Shown piece after piece: positions 37,400-50,049 of a DNA stretch of 64,000 nt. The number at the start of each line of letters is the position of its first letter. Position 1 is the first letter of the stretch. The position numbers and the translations under genes were made by a program. Under the pieces are notes generated by a model. It saw nothing but the letters and a program-made list of their open reading frames with translations. It made no database searches and had not been told where the DNA came from. Origin of the DNA: the human T2T-CHM13v2.0 reference genome, Homo sapiens; NCBI RefSeq assembly GCF_009914755.1, contig NC_060946.1, one strand, 5' to 3'.

Positions 37400-40300
37400 C
37401 TACAAAAAGAGTGTATCAAAACTGCTCTGTCAAAAGGAAGGTTCTTCTCTGTTAGGTGAGTGCATACGTCATAAAGGAGTTTCTGAGAATGTTTCTGTCT
37501 AGTGGTTATGGGAAGATATTTGCTTTCTCACCGTAGGCCTCAGAGCGCTCCAAATATCCACTTGCACATACTACAAAAAGAGTGCTTCAATGCTGCTCTC
37601 TGAAACGGAATGTTCAACTCTATGAGTTGAATGCAAACATCACAAAGAGGTTTCTGAGAATGCTTCTGTCTAGATTTGATATGAAGATATTCCCGTTTCC
37701 AACGAAATCTTCAAATCTATCCAAATGTCCACTTGCAGATTCAACAAAAAGTGTTTTTCAGAACTGCTCTATCAAAAGAAAGATCCACGTGTGTTAGCTG
37801 AGTTCACACATCACAAACAAGTTTATGAGAATGCTTCTGTCTAGTTTTTATTTGAAGATATTTCCTTTCTCACCATAGACCTGAAAGCTGTCCTAATGTT
37901 CACTTCCAGATACTACAGAAAGAGTGTTTCAAAACTGCTGTACGAAAGGGAATGTTCAACTCTGTGACTTGAATGCACACATCACAAAGAAGTTTCTGAG
38001 GATGCTGCTGTCTACTTTTTATACGTAATCCCGTTTCCAACGAAATCCTCCAATCTATCCAAATATCCACTTGCAGATTCCACAGAAAGACTGTTTCAAA
38101 ACTGCTCTGTCAATAGAAAGGTTCAACTCTGTTAGCTGCGTGCATATATCACAAAGAAGATTCTGAGATTGCTTCTGTCTAGTTTTTATGTGAAGATATT
38201 TCCCTTTTCACCGTAGGTGTCAAGGCGCTCCAAATGTCCACTTCCAGATACTACAAAAAGAGTGTTTCAAACCTACTCTGTGAAAGGGAATATTCAACTC
38301 TGTGACTTGAATGCAGATATCACAAAGAAGTTTCTGAGAATGCTTCTGTCGAGATTTTGTACGAAGATATTCCCGTTTCCAACGAAATCCTGAAATCTAT
38401 CCAAATATCCCCTCGCAGATTCTACAAAAAGAGTGTTTCAAAACTGCTCTGTAAAAAGAAAGGTTCAACTCTGTTAGTTGAGTACACACATCACAAACAA
38501 GTTTCACAGAATGCTTCTTTCTAGCTTGTAGGGGAAGATATTCCCTTTATCACCATGGGCCTCAAACCGTCCGAAACGTCCACTTCCATATACTAAAAAA
38601 ACAGTGTTTGAAACCTGCTCTATGAAAGGCAATGTTCAACTCTGTGACTTGAATGCAGACATCACAGAGCAGTTTCTGAGAATGCTTCTGTCCAGACTTT
38701 ATAGGAAGATATTCCCGTTTCCAACGAAATCTTCACAGCTATCCAAATATCCACTTGCAGATAGTAAAAAAAGAGTGTATCAGAAATGCTCTGTCAAAAG
38801 GAAAGTTCTTCTCTGCTAGTTGAGTTCATACGTCATAAAGAACTTTCTGAGAATGTTCCTGTCTAGTGGTTATGGGAAGATATTTGCTTTTTCCCCGTAG
38901 GCCTCAAAGCGCTCCAAATGTCCACTTGCACATACTAAAAAAAGAGTGCTTCAAAGCTCCTCTCTGAAAGAGAATGTTCAACTCTATGAGTTGAATGCAA
39001 ACATCACAAAGACGTTTCTGAGAATGCTTCTGTCTAGATTTGATATGAAGATATTCCCGTTTCCAACGAAATTTTCAAATCTATACAAATGTCCACTTGC
39101 AGATTCAACAAAGTGTTTTTCAAAACTGCTGTATCAAAAGAAAGATCCACCTCTGTTAGCTGAGTTCACACTTCACAAACAAGTTTATCAGACTGCTTCT
39201 GTCTAGTTTTTATTTGAAGATATATCCTTTCTCACTATAGACCTGAAAGCTCTCCTAAAGTTCACTTCCAGATACTACAGAAAGAGTTTTTCAAAACTGC
39301 TGTACGAAAGGGAATGTTCAACTCTGTGACTTGAAAGCACACATCACAAGGAAGATTCTGAGGATGCTGCTGTCTACTTTTTATACGTAATCCCGTTTCC
39401 AACGAAATCCCCCAAGCTATCCAAATATCCACTTGCAGATTCCACAGAAAGACTGTTTCAAAACTGCTCTGTCAATAGAAAGGTTCAACTCTATTAGCTG
39501 CGTGCATATATCCCAAAGAAGATTCTGAGATTGCTTCTGTCTAGTTTTCATGGGAAGATATTTCCCTTTTCACCGTAGGTGTCAAGGCGCTCCAAATGTC
39601 CACTTCCAGATACTACAAAAAGAGTGTTTCAAACCTACTCTCTGAAAGGGAATATTCCGCTCTGTGACTTGAATGCAGATATCACAATGAAGTTTCTGAG
39701 AATGCTTCCGTCGAGATTTTATATGAAGATATTCCCGTTTCCAACAAAATCCTGAAATCTATCGAAATATCCCCTCGCAGATTCTACAAAAAGAGTGTTT
39801 CAAAACTGCTCTGTAAAAAGAAAGGTTCAACTCTGTTAGTTGAGTACACACATCACAAACAAGTTTCACAGAATGCTTCTTTCTAGCTTGTAGGGGAAGA
39901 TATTCCCTTTATCACCATGGGCCTCAAACCGTCCGAAACGTCCACTTCCATATACTACAAAAAGAGCGTTTCAAACCTGCTCTATGAAAGGCAATGTTCA
40001 ACTCTGTGACTTGAATGCAGACATCACAGAGCAGTTTCTGAGAATGCTTCTGTCTAGATTTTATAGGAAGATATTTCCGTTTCCAACGAAATCTTCACAG
40101 CTATCCAAATATCCACTTGCAGATTCTACAAAAAGAGTGTATCAAAACTGCTCTGTCAAAAGGAAGGTTCTTCTCTGTTAGTTGAGTACATACGTCATAA
40201 AGGAGTTTCTGAGAATGTTTCTGTCTAGTGGTGATGGGAAGATATTTGCTTTTTCACCTTAGGCCTCAGAGCGCTCCAAATATCCACTTGCACATACTAC

Positions 40301-43300
40301 AAAAAGAGTGCTTCAAAGCTGCTCTCTGAAAGGGAATGTTCAACTCTATGAGTTGAATGCAAACATCACAAAGACGTTTCTGAGAATGCTTCTGTCTAGA
40401 TTTGATATGAAGATATTCCCGTTTCCAACGAAATCTTCAAATCTATCCAAATGTCCACTTGCAGATTCAACAAAGTGTTTCTCAAAACTGCTGTATCAAA
40501 AGAAAGATCCACCTCTGTTACCTGAGTTCACACTTCGCAAACAAGTTTATGAGAATGCTTCTGTCTAGTTTTTATTTGAAGATATTTCCTTTCTCACCAT
40601 AGACCTGAAAGCTGTCCTAATGTTCACTTCCAGATACTACAGAAAGAGCGTTTCAAAACTGCTGTACGAAAGGGAATGTTCAACTCTGTGACTTGAATGC
40701 ACACATCACAAAGAAGTTTCTGAGGATGCTGCTGTCTACTTTTTATACGTAATCCCGTTTCCAACGAAATCCTCCAATCTATCCAAATATCCACTTGCAG
40801 ATTCTACAGAAAGACTGTTTCAAAACTGCTCTGTCAATAGAAAGGTTCAACTCTGTTAGCTGCGTGCATATATCCCAAAGAAGATTCCGAGATTGCTTCT
40901 GTCTAGTTTTTATGGGAAGATATTTCCCTTTTCACCGTAGGTGTCAAGGCGCTCCAAATGTCCACTTCCAGATACTACAAAAAGAGTGTTTCAAACCTAC
41001 TCTCTGAAAGGGAATATTCAACTCTGTGCCTTGAATGCAGATATCACAATGAAGTTTCTGAGAATGCTTTTGTCGAGATTTTATATGAAGATATTCCCGT
41101 TTCCAACGAAATCCTGAAATCTATCCAAATATCCCCTCGCAGATTCTACAAAAAGAGTGTTTCAAAACTGCTCTGTAAAAAGAAAGGTTCAACCCTCTTA
41201 GTTGAGTACACACATCACAAACAAGTTTCACAGAATGCTTCTTTCTAGCTTGTAGGGGAAGATATTCCCTTTATCACCATGGGCCTCAAACCGTCCGAAA
41301 CGTTTACTTCCATATACTACAAAAAGAGCGTTTCAAACCTGCTCTATGAAAGGCAATGTTCAACTCTGTGACTTGAATGCAGACATCACAGAGCAGTTTC
41401 TGAGAATGCTTCTGTGTAGATTTTATAGGAAGATATTTCCATTTCCAACGAAACCTTCACAGCTATCCAAATATCCACTTGCAGATTCTACAAAAAGAGT
41501 GTATCAAAACTGCTCTGTCAAAAGGAAGATTCTTCTCTGTTAGTTGAGTACATACGTCATAAAGGAGTTTCTGAGAATGTTTCTGTCTACTGGTTACGGG
41601 AAGATATTTGCTTTTGCACCTTAGGCCTCAGAGCGCTCCAAATATCCACTTGCACATACTACAAAAAGAGTGCTTCAAAGCTGCTCTCTGAAACGGAATG
41701 TTCAACTCTATGAGTTGAATGCCAACATCACAAAGACGTTTCTGAGAATGCTTCTGTCTAGATTTGATATGAAGATATTCCCGTTTCCAACGTAATCTTC
41801 AAATCTATCCAAATGTCCACTTGCAGATTCAACAAAGTGTTTTTCAAAACTGCTGTACCAAAGAAAGATCCACCTCTGTTAGCTGAGTTCACACTTCACA
41901 AACAAGTTTATCAGAATGCTTCTGTCTAGTTTTTATTTGAAGATATATCCTTTCTCACTATAGACCTGAAAGCTCTCATAAAGTTCACTTCCAGATACTA
42001 CAGAAAGAGTGTTTCAAAACTGCTGTACGAAAGGGAATGTTCAACTCTGTGACTTGAATGCACACATCACAAGGATGTTTCTGAGGATGCTGCTGTCTAC
42101 TTTTTATACGTAATCCCGTTTCCAACGAAATCCTCCAAGCTATCCAAATATCCACTTGCAGATTCCACAGAAAGACTGTTTCAAAACTGCTCTGTCAATA
42201 GAAAGGTTCAACTCTGTTAGCTGCGTGCATATATCCCAAAGAAGATTCTGAGATTGCTTCTGTCTAGTTTTTATGGGAAGATATTTCCCTTTTCACCGTA
42301 GGTGTCAAGGCGCTCCAAATGTCCACTTCCAGATACTACAAAAAGAGTGTTTCAAACCTACTCTGTGAAAGGGAATATTCAACTCTGTGACTTGAATGCA
42401 GATATCACAAAGAAGTTTCTGAGAATGCTTCTGTCGAGATTTTATATGAAGTTATTCCCGTTTCCAACGAAATCCTGAAATCTATCCAAATATCCCCTCG
42501 CAGATTCTACAAAAAGAGTGTTTCAAAACTGCTCTGTAAAAGGAAAGGTTCAACTCTGTTAGTTGAGTACACACATCACAAACAAGTTTCACAGAATGCT
42601 TCTTTCTAGCTGCTAGGGGAAGATATTCCCTTTATCACCATGGGCCTCAAACCGTCCGAAACGTCCACTTCCATATACTACAAAAAGAGCGTTTCAAACC
42701 TGCTCTAGGAAAGGCAATGTTCAACTCTGTGACTTGAATGCAGACATCACAGAGCAGTTTCTGAGAATGCTTCTGTCTAGATTTCATAGGAAGATATTCC
42801 CGTTTCCAACGAAATCTTCACAGCTATCCAAATATCCACTTGCAGATTCTACAAAAAGAGTGTATCAAAACTGCTCTGTCAAAAGGAAGGTTCTTCTCTG
42901 TTACTTGAGTGCATACGTCACAAAGGAGTTTCTGAGAATGTTTCTGTCTAGTGGTTATGGGAAGATATTTGCTTTCTCACCGTAGGCCTCAGAGCGCTCC
43001 AAATATCCACTTGCACATACTACAAAAAGAGTGCTTCAATGCTGCTCTCTGAAACGGAATGTTCAACTCTATGAGTTGAATGCAAACATCACAAAGACGT
43101 TTCTGAGAATGCTTCTGTCTAGATTTGATATGAAGATATTCCCGTTTCCAACGAAATCTTCAAATCTATCCAAATGTCCAATTGCAGATTCAACAAAAAG
43201 TGTTTTTCAGAACTGCTCTATCAAAAGAAAGATCCACGTGTGTTAGCTGAGTTCACACATCACAAACAAGTTTATGAGAATGCTTCTGTCTAGTTTTTAT

Positions 43301-46300
43301 TTGAAGATATTTCCTTTCTCACCATAGACCTGAAAGCTGTCCTAATGTTCACTTCCAGATACTACAGAAAGAGTGTTTCAAAACTGCTGTACGAAAGGGA
43401 ATGTTCAACTCTGTGACTTGAATGCACACATCACAAAGAAGTTTCTGAGGATGCTGCTGTCTACTTTTTATACGTAATCCCGTTTCCAACGAAATCCTCC
43501 AATCTATCCAAATATCCACTTGCAGATTCCACAGAAAGACTGTTTCAAAACTGCTCTGTCAATAGAAAGGTTCAACTCTGTTAGCTGCGTGCATATATCC
43601 CAAAGAAGATTCTGAGATTGCTTCTGTCTAGTTTTTATGGGAAGATATTTCCCTTTTCACCGTAGGTGTCAAGGCGCTCCAAATGTCCACTTCCAGATAC
43701 TACAAAAAGAGTGTTTCAAACCTACTCTGTGAAAGGGAATATTCAACTCTGTGACTTGAATGCAGATATCACAAAGAAGTTTCTGAGAATGCTTCTGTCG
43801 AGATTTTGTACGAAGATATTCCCGTTTCCAACGAAATCCTGAAATCTATCCAAATATCCCCTCGCAGATTCTACAAAAAGAGTGTTTCAAAACTGCTCTG
43901 TAAAAAGAAAGGTTCAACTCTGTTAGTTGAGTACACACATCACAAACAAGTTTCACAGAATGCTTCTTTCTAGCTTGTAGGGGAAGATATTCCCTTTATC
44001 ACCATGGGCCTCAAACCGTCCGAAACGTCCACTTCCATATACTAAAAAAACAGTGTTTGAAACCTGCTCTATGAAAGGCAATGTTCAACTCTGTGACTTG
44101 AATGCAGACATCACAGAGCAGTTTCTGAGAATGCTTCTGTCCAGACTTTATAGGAAGATATTCCCGTTTCCAACGAAATCTTCACAGCTATCCAAATATC
44201 CACTTGCAGATAGTAAAAAAAGAGTGTATCAGAAATGCTCTGTCAAAAGGAAAGTTCTTCTCTGCTAGTTGAGTTCATACGTCATAAAGAACTTTCTGAG
44301 AATGTTCCTGTCTAGTGGTTATGGGAAGATATTTGCTTTTTCCCCGTAGGCCTCAAAGCGCTCCAAATGTCCACTTGCACATACTAAAAAAAGAGTGCTT
44401 CAAAGCTCCTCTCTGAAAGAGAATGTTCAACTCTATGAGTTGAATGCAAACATCACAAAGACGTTTCTGAGAATGCTTTTGTCTAGATTTGATATGAAGA
44501 TATTCCCGTTTCCAACGAAATTTTCAAATCTATACAAATGTCCACTTGCAGATTCAACAAAGTGTTTTTCAAAACTGCTGTATCAAAAGAAAGATCCACC
44601 TCTGTTAGCTGAGTTCACACTTCACAAACAAGTTTATCAGACTGCTTCTGTCTAGTTTTTATTTGAAGATATATCCTTTCTCACTATAGACCTGAAAGCT
44701 CTCCTAAAGTTCACTTCCAGATACTACAGAAAGAGTTTTTCAAAACTGCTGTACGAAAGGGAATGTTCAACTCTGTGACTTGAAAGCACACATCACAAGG
44801 AAGATTCTGAGGATGCTGCTGTCTACTTTTTATACGTAATCCCGTTTCCAACGAAATCCCCCAAGCTATCCAAATATCCACTTGCAGATTCCACAGAAAG
44901 ACTGTTTCAAAACTGCTCTGTCAATAGAAAGGTTCAACTCTATTAGCTGCGTGCATATATCCCAAAGAAGATTCTGAGATTGCTTCTGTCTAGTTTTCAT
45001 GGGAAGATATTTCCCTTTTCACCGTAGGTGTCAAGGCGCTCCAAATGTCCACTTCCAGATACTACAAAAAGAGTGTTTCAAACCTACTCTCTGAAAGGGA
45101 ATATTCCGCTCTGTGACTTGAATGCAGATATCACAATGAAGTTTCTGAGAATGCTTCCGTCGAGATTTTATATGAAGATATTCCCGTTTCCAACAAAATC
45201 CTGAAATCTATCGAAATATCCCCTCGCAGATTCTACAAAAAGAGTGTTTCAAAACTGCTCTGTAAAAAGAAAGGTTCAACTCTGTTAGTTGAGTACACAC
45301 ATCACAAACAAGTTTCACAGAATGCTTCTTTCTAGCTTGTAGGGGAAGATATTCCCTTTATCACCATGGGCCTCAAACCGTCCGAAACGTCCACTTCCAT
45401 ATACTACAAAAAGAGCGTTTCAAACCTGCTCTATGAAAGGCAATGTTCAACTCTGTGACTTGAATGCAGACATCACAGAGCAGTTTCTGAGAATGCTTCT
45501 GTCTAGATTTTATAGGAAGATATTTCCGTTTCCAACGAAATCTTCACAGCTATCCAAATATCCACTTGCAGATTCTACAAAAAGAGTGTATCAAAACTGC
45601 TCTGTCAAAAGGAAGGTTCTTCTCTGTTAGTTGAGTACATACGTCATAAAGGAGTTTCTGAGAATGTTTCTGTCTAGTGGTGATGGGAAGATATTTGCTT
45701 TTTCACCTTAGGCCTCAGAGCGCTCCAAATATCCACTTGCACATACTACAAAAAGAGTGCTTCAAAGCTGCTCTCTGAAAGGGAATGTTCAACTCTATGA
45801 GTTGAATGCAAACATCACAAAGACGTTTCTGAGAATGCTTCTGTCTAGATTTGATATGAAGATATTCCCGTTTCCAACGAAATCTTCAAATCTATCCAAA
45901 TGTCCACTTGCAGATTCAACAAAGTGTTTCTCAAAACTGCTGTATCAAAAGAAAGATCCACCTCTGTTACCTGAGTTCACACTTCGCAAACAAGCTTATG
46001 AGAATGCTTCTGTCTAGTTTTTATTTAAAGATATTTCCTTTCTCACCATAGACCTGAAAGCTGTCCTAATGTTCACTTCCAGATACTACAGAAAGAGCGT
46101 TTCAAAACTGCTGTACGAAAGGGAATGTTCAACTCTGTGACTTGAATGCACACATCACAAAGAAGTTTCTGAGGATGCTGCTGTCTACTTTTTATACGTA
46201 ATCCCGTTTCCAACGAAATCCTCCAATCTATCCAAATATCCACTTGCAGATTCTACAGAAAGACTGTTTCAAAACTGCTCTGTCAATAGAAAGGTTCAAC

Positions 46301-48300
46301 TCTGTTAGCTGCGTGCATATATCCCAAAGAAGATTCCGAGATTGCTTCTGTCTAGTTTTTATGGGAAGATATTTCCCTTTTCACCGTAGGTGTCAAGGCG
46401 CTCCAAATGTCCACTTCCAGATACTACAAAAAGAGTGTTTCAAACCTACTCTCTGAAAGGGAATATTCAACTCTGTGCCTTGAATGCAGATATCACAATG
46501 AAGTTTCTGAGAATGCTTTTGTCGAGATTTTATATGAAGATATTCCCGTTTCCAACGAAATCCTGAAATCTATCCAAATATCCCCTCGCAGATTCTACAA
46601 AAAGAGTGTTTCAAAACTGCTCTGTAAAAAGAAAGGTTCAACCCTCTTAGTTGAGTACACACATCACAAACAAGTTTCACAGAATGCTTCTTTCTAGCTT
46701 GTAGGGGAAGATATTCCCTTTATCACCATGGGCCTCAAACCGTCCGAAACGTTTACTTCCATATACTACAAAAAGAGCGTTTCAAACCTGCTCTATGAAA
46801 GGCAATGTTCAACTCTGTGACTTGAATGCAGACATCACAGAGCAGTTTCTGAGAATGCTTCTGTGTAGATTTTATAGGAAGATATTTCCGTTTCCAACAA
46901 AACCTTCACAGCTATCCAAATATCCACTTGCAGATTCTACAAAAAGAGTGTATCAAAACTGCTCTGTCAAAAGGAAGATTCTTCTCTGTTAGTTGAGTAC
47001 ATACGTCATAAAGGAGTTTCTGAGAATGTTTCTGTCTACTGGTTACGGGAAGATATTTGCTTTTGCACCTTAGGCCTCAGAGCGCTCCAAATATCCACTT
47101 GCACATACTACAAAAAGAGTGCTTCAAAGCTGCTCTCTGAAACGGAATGTTCAACTCTATGAGTTGAATGCCAACATCACAAAGACGTTTCTGAGAATGC
47201 TTCTGTCTAGATTTGATATGAAGATATTCCCGTTTCCAACGTAATCTTCAAATCTATCCAAATGTCCCCTTGCAGATTCAACAAAGTGTTTTTCAAAACT
47301 GCTGTACCAAAGAAAGATCCACCTCTGTTAGCTGAGTTCACACTTCACAAACAAGTTTATCAGAATGCTTCTGTCTAGTTTTTATTTGAAGATATATCCT
47401 TTCTCACTATAGACCTGAAAGCTCTCATAAAGTTCACTTCCAGATACTACAGAAAGAGTGTTTCAAAACTGCTGTACGAAAGGGAATGTTCAACTCTGTG
47501 ACTTGAATGCACACATCACAAGGATGTTTCTGAGGATGCTGCTGTCTACTTTTTATACGTAATCCCGTTTCCAACGAAATCCTCCAAGCTATCCAAATAT
47601 CCACTTGCAGATTCCACAGAAAGACTGTTTCAAAACTGCTCTGTCAATAGAAAGGTTCAACTCTGTTAGCTGCGTGCATATATCCCAAAGAAGATTCTGA
47701 GATTGCTTCTGTCTAGTTTTTATGGGAAGATATTTCCCTTTTCACCGTAGGTGTCAAGGCGCTCCAAATGTCCACTTCCAGATACTACAAAAAGAGTGTT
47801 TCAAACCTACTCTGTGAAAGGGAATATTCAACTCTGTGACTTGAATGCAGATATCACAAAGAAGTTTCTGAGAATGCTTCTGTCGAGATTTTATATGAAG
47901 TTATTCCCGTTTCCAACGAAATCCTGAAATCTATCCAAATATCCCCTCGCAGATTCTACAAAAAGAGTGTTTCAAAACTGCTCTGTAAAAGGAAAGGTTC
48001 AACTCTGTTAGTTGAGTACACACATCACAAACAAGTTTCACAGAATGCTTCTTTCTAGCTGCTAGGGGAAGATATTCCCTTTATCACCATGGGCCTCAAA
48101 CCGTCCGAAACGTCCACTTCCATATACTACAAAAAGAGCGTTTCAAACCTGCTCTAGGAAAGGCAATGTTCAACTCTGTGACTTGAATGCAGACATCACA
48201 GAGCAGTTTCTGAGAATGCTTCTGTCTAGATTTCATAGGAAGATATTCCCGTTTCCAACGAAATCTTCACAGCTATCCAAATATCCACTTGCAGATTCTA
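37400..48300. repeat. Tandem duplication of a 4-HOR block (period 5449 bp)
   Basis: ORF pairs 37582/43031, 38604/44053, 38946/44395, 40795/46244, 40958/46407 and 41346/46795 are all offset by 5449 and share rare variants. Confidence 0.93.
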
Positions 48301-50049
48301 CAAAAAGAGTGTATCAAAACTGCTCTGTCAAAAGGAAAGTTCTTCTCTGCTAGTTGAGTACATACGTCATAAAGAAGTTTCGGAGAATGTTCCTGTCTAG
48401 TGGTTATGGGAAGATACTTGCTTTTTCCCCGTAGGCCTCAAAGCGCTCCAAATGTCCACTTGCACATACTACAAAAAGAGTGCTTCAAAGCTGCTCTCTG
48501 AAAGGGAATGTTCAACTCTATGAGTTGAATGCTAACATCACAAAGACGTTTCTGAGAATGCTTCTGTCTAGATTTGATATGAAGATATTCCCGTTTCCAA
48601 CGAAATCTTCAAATCTATCCAAATGTCCACTTGCAGATTCAACAAAAAGTGTTTTTCAGAACTGCTCTATCAAAAGAAAGATCCACCTCTGTTAGCTGAG
48701 TTCACACATCACAAACAAGTTTATGAGAATGCTTCTGTCTAGTTTTTATTTGAAGATATTTCCTTTCTCACCATAGACCTGAAAGCTGTCCTAATGTTCA
48801 CTTCCAGATACTACAGAAAGAGTGTTTCAAAACTGCTGTACGAAAGGGAATGTTCAACTCTGTGACTTGAATGCAGACATCACAAAGAAGTTTCTGAGGA
48901 TGCTGCTGTCTACTTTTTATACGTAATCCCGTTTCCAACGAAATCCTCCAATCTATCCAAATATCCACTTGCAGATTCCACAGAAAGACTGTTTCAAAAC
49001 TGCTCTGTCAATAGAAAGGTTCAACTCTGTTAGCTGCGTGCATATATCCCAAAGAAGATTCTGAGATTGCTTCTGTCTAGTTTTTATGGGAAGATATTTC
49101 CCTTTTCACCGTAGGCTTCAAGGCGCTCCAAATGTCCACTTCCAGATACTACAAAAAGAGTGTTTCAAACCTACTCTGTGGAAGGGAATATTCAACTCTG
49201 TAACTTGAATGCAGATATCACGAAGAAGTTTCTGAGAATGCTTCTGTCGAGATTTTATATGAAGATATTCCCGTTTCCAACGAAATCCTGAAATCTATCC
49301 AAATATCCCCTCGCAGATTCTACAAAAAGAGTGTTTCAAAACTGCTCTGTAAAAAGAAAGGTTCAACTCTGTTAGTTGAGTACACACATCACAAACAAGT
49401 TTCACAGAATGCTTCTTTCTAGCTTGTATTGGAAGATATTCCCTTTAACACCATGGGCCTCAAACCGTCTGAAACGTCCACTTCCATATACTAAAAAAGA
49501 TCATTTCAAACCTGCTCTAGGAAAGGCAATGTTCAACTCTGTGACTTGAATGCAGACATCACAGAGCAGTTTCTGAGAATGCTTCTGTCTAGGTTTTATG
49601 GGAAGATATTCCCGTTTCCAACGAAATCTTCACAGCTATCCAAATATCCACTTGCAGATAGTACAAAAAGAGTGTATCAAAAATGCTCTGTCAAAAGGAA
49701 AGTTCTTCTCTGTTAGTTGAGTACATACGTCATAAAGGAGTTTCTGAGAATGTTTCTGTCTAGTGGTTATGGGAAGATATTTGCTTTTTCACCGTAGGCC
49801 TCAGAGCGCTCCAAATATCCACTTGCACATACTACAAAAAGAGTGCTTCAAAGCTGCTCTCTGAAAGGGAATGTTCAACTCTATGAGTTGAATGCAAACA
49901 TCACAAAGACGTTTCTGAGAATGCTTCTGTCTAGATTTGATATTAAGATATTCCCGTTTCCAACGAAATCTTCTAATCTATCCAAATGTCCACTTGCCGA
50001 TTCAACAAAAAGTGTTTTTCAAAACTGCTGTATCAAAAGAAAGATCCAC

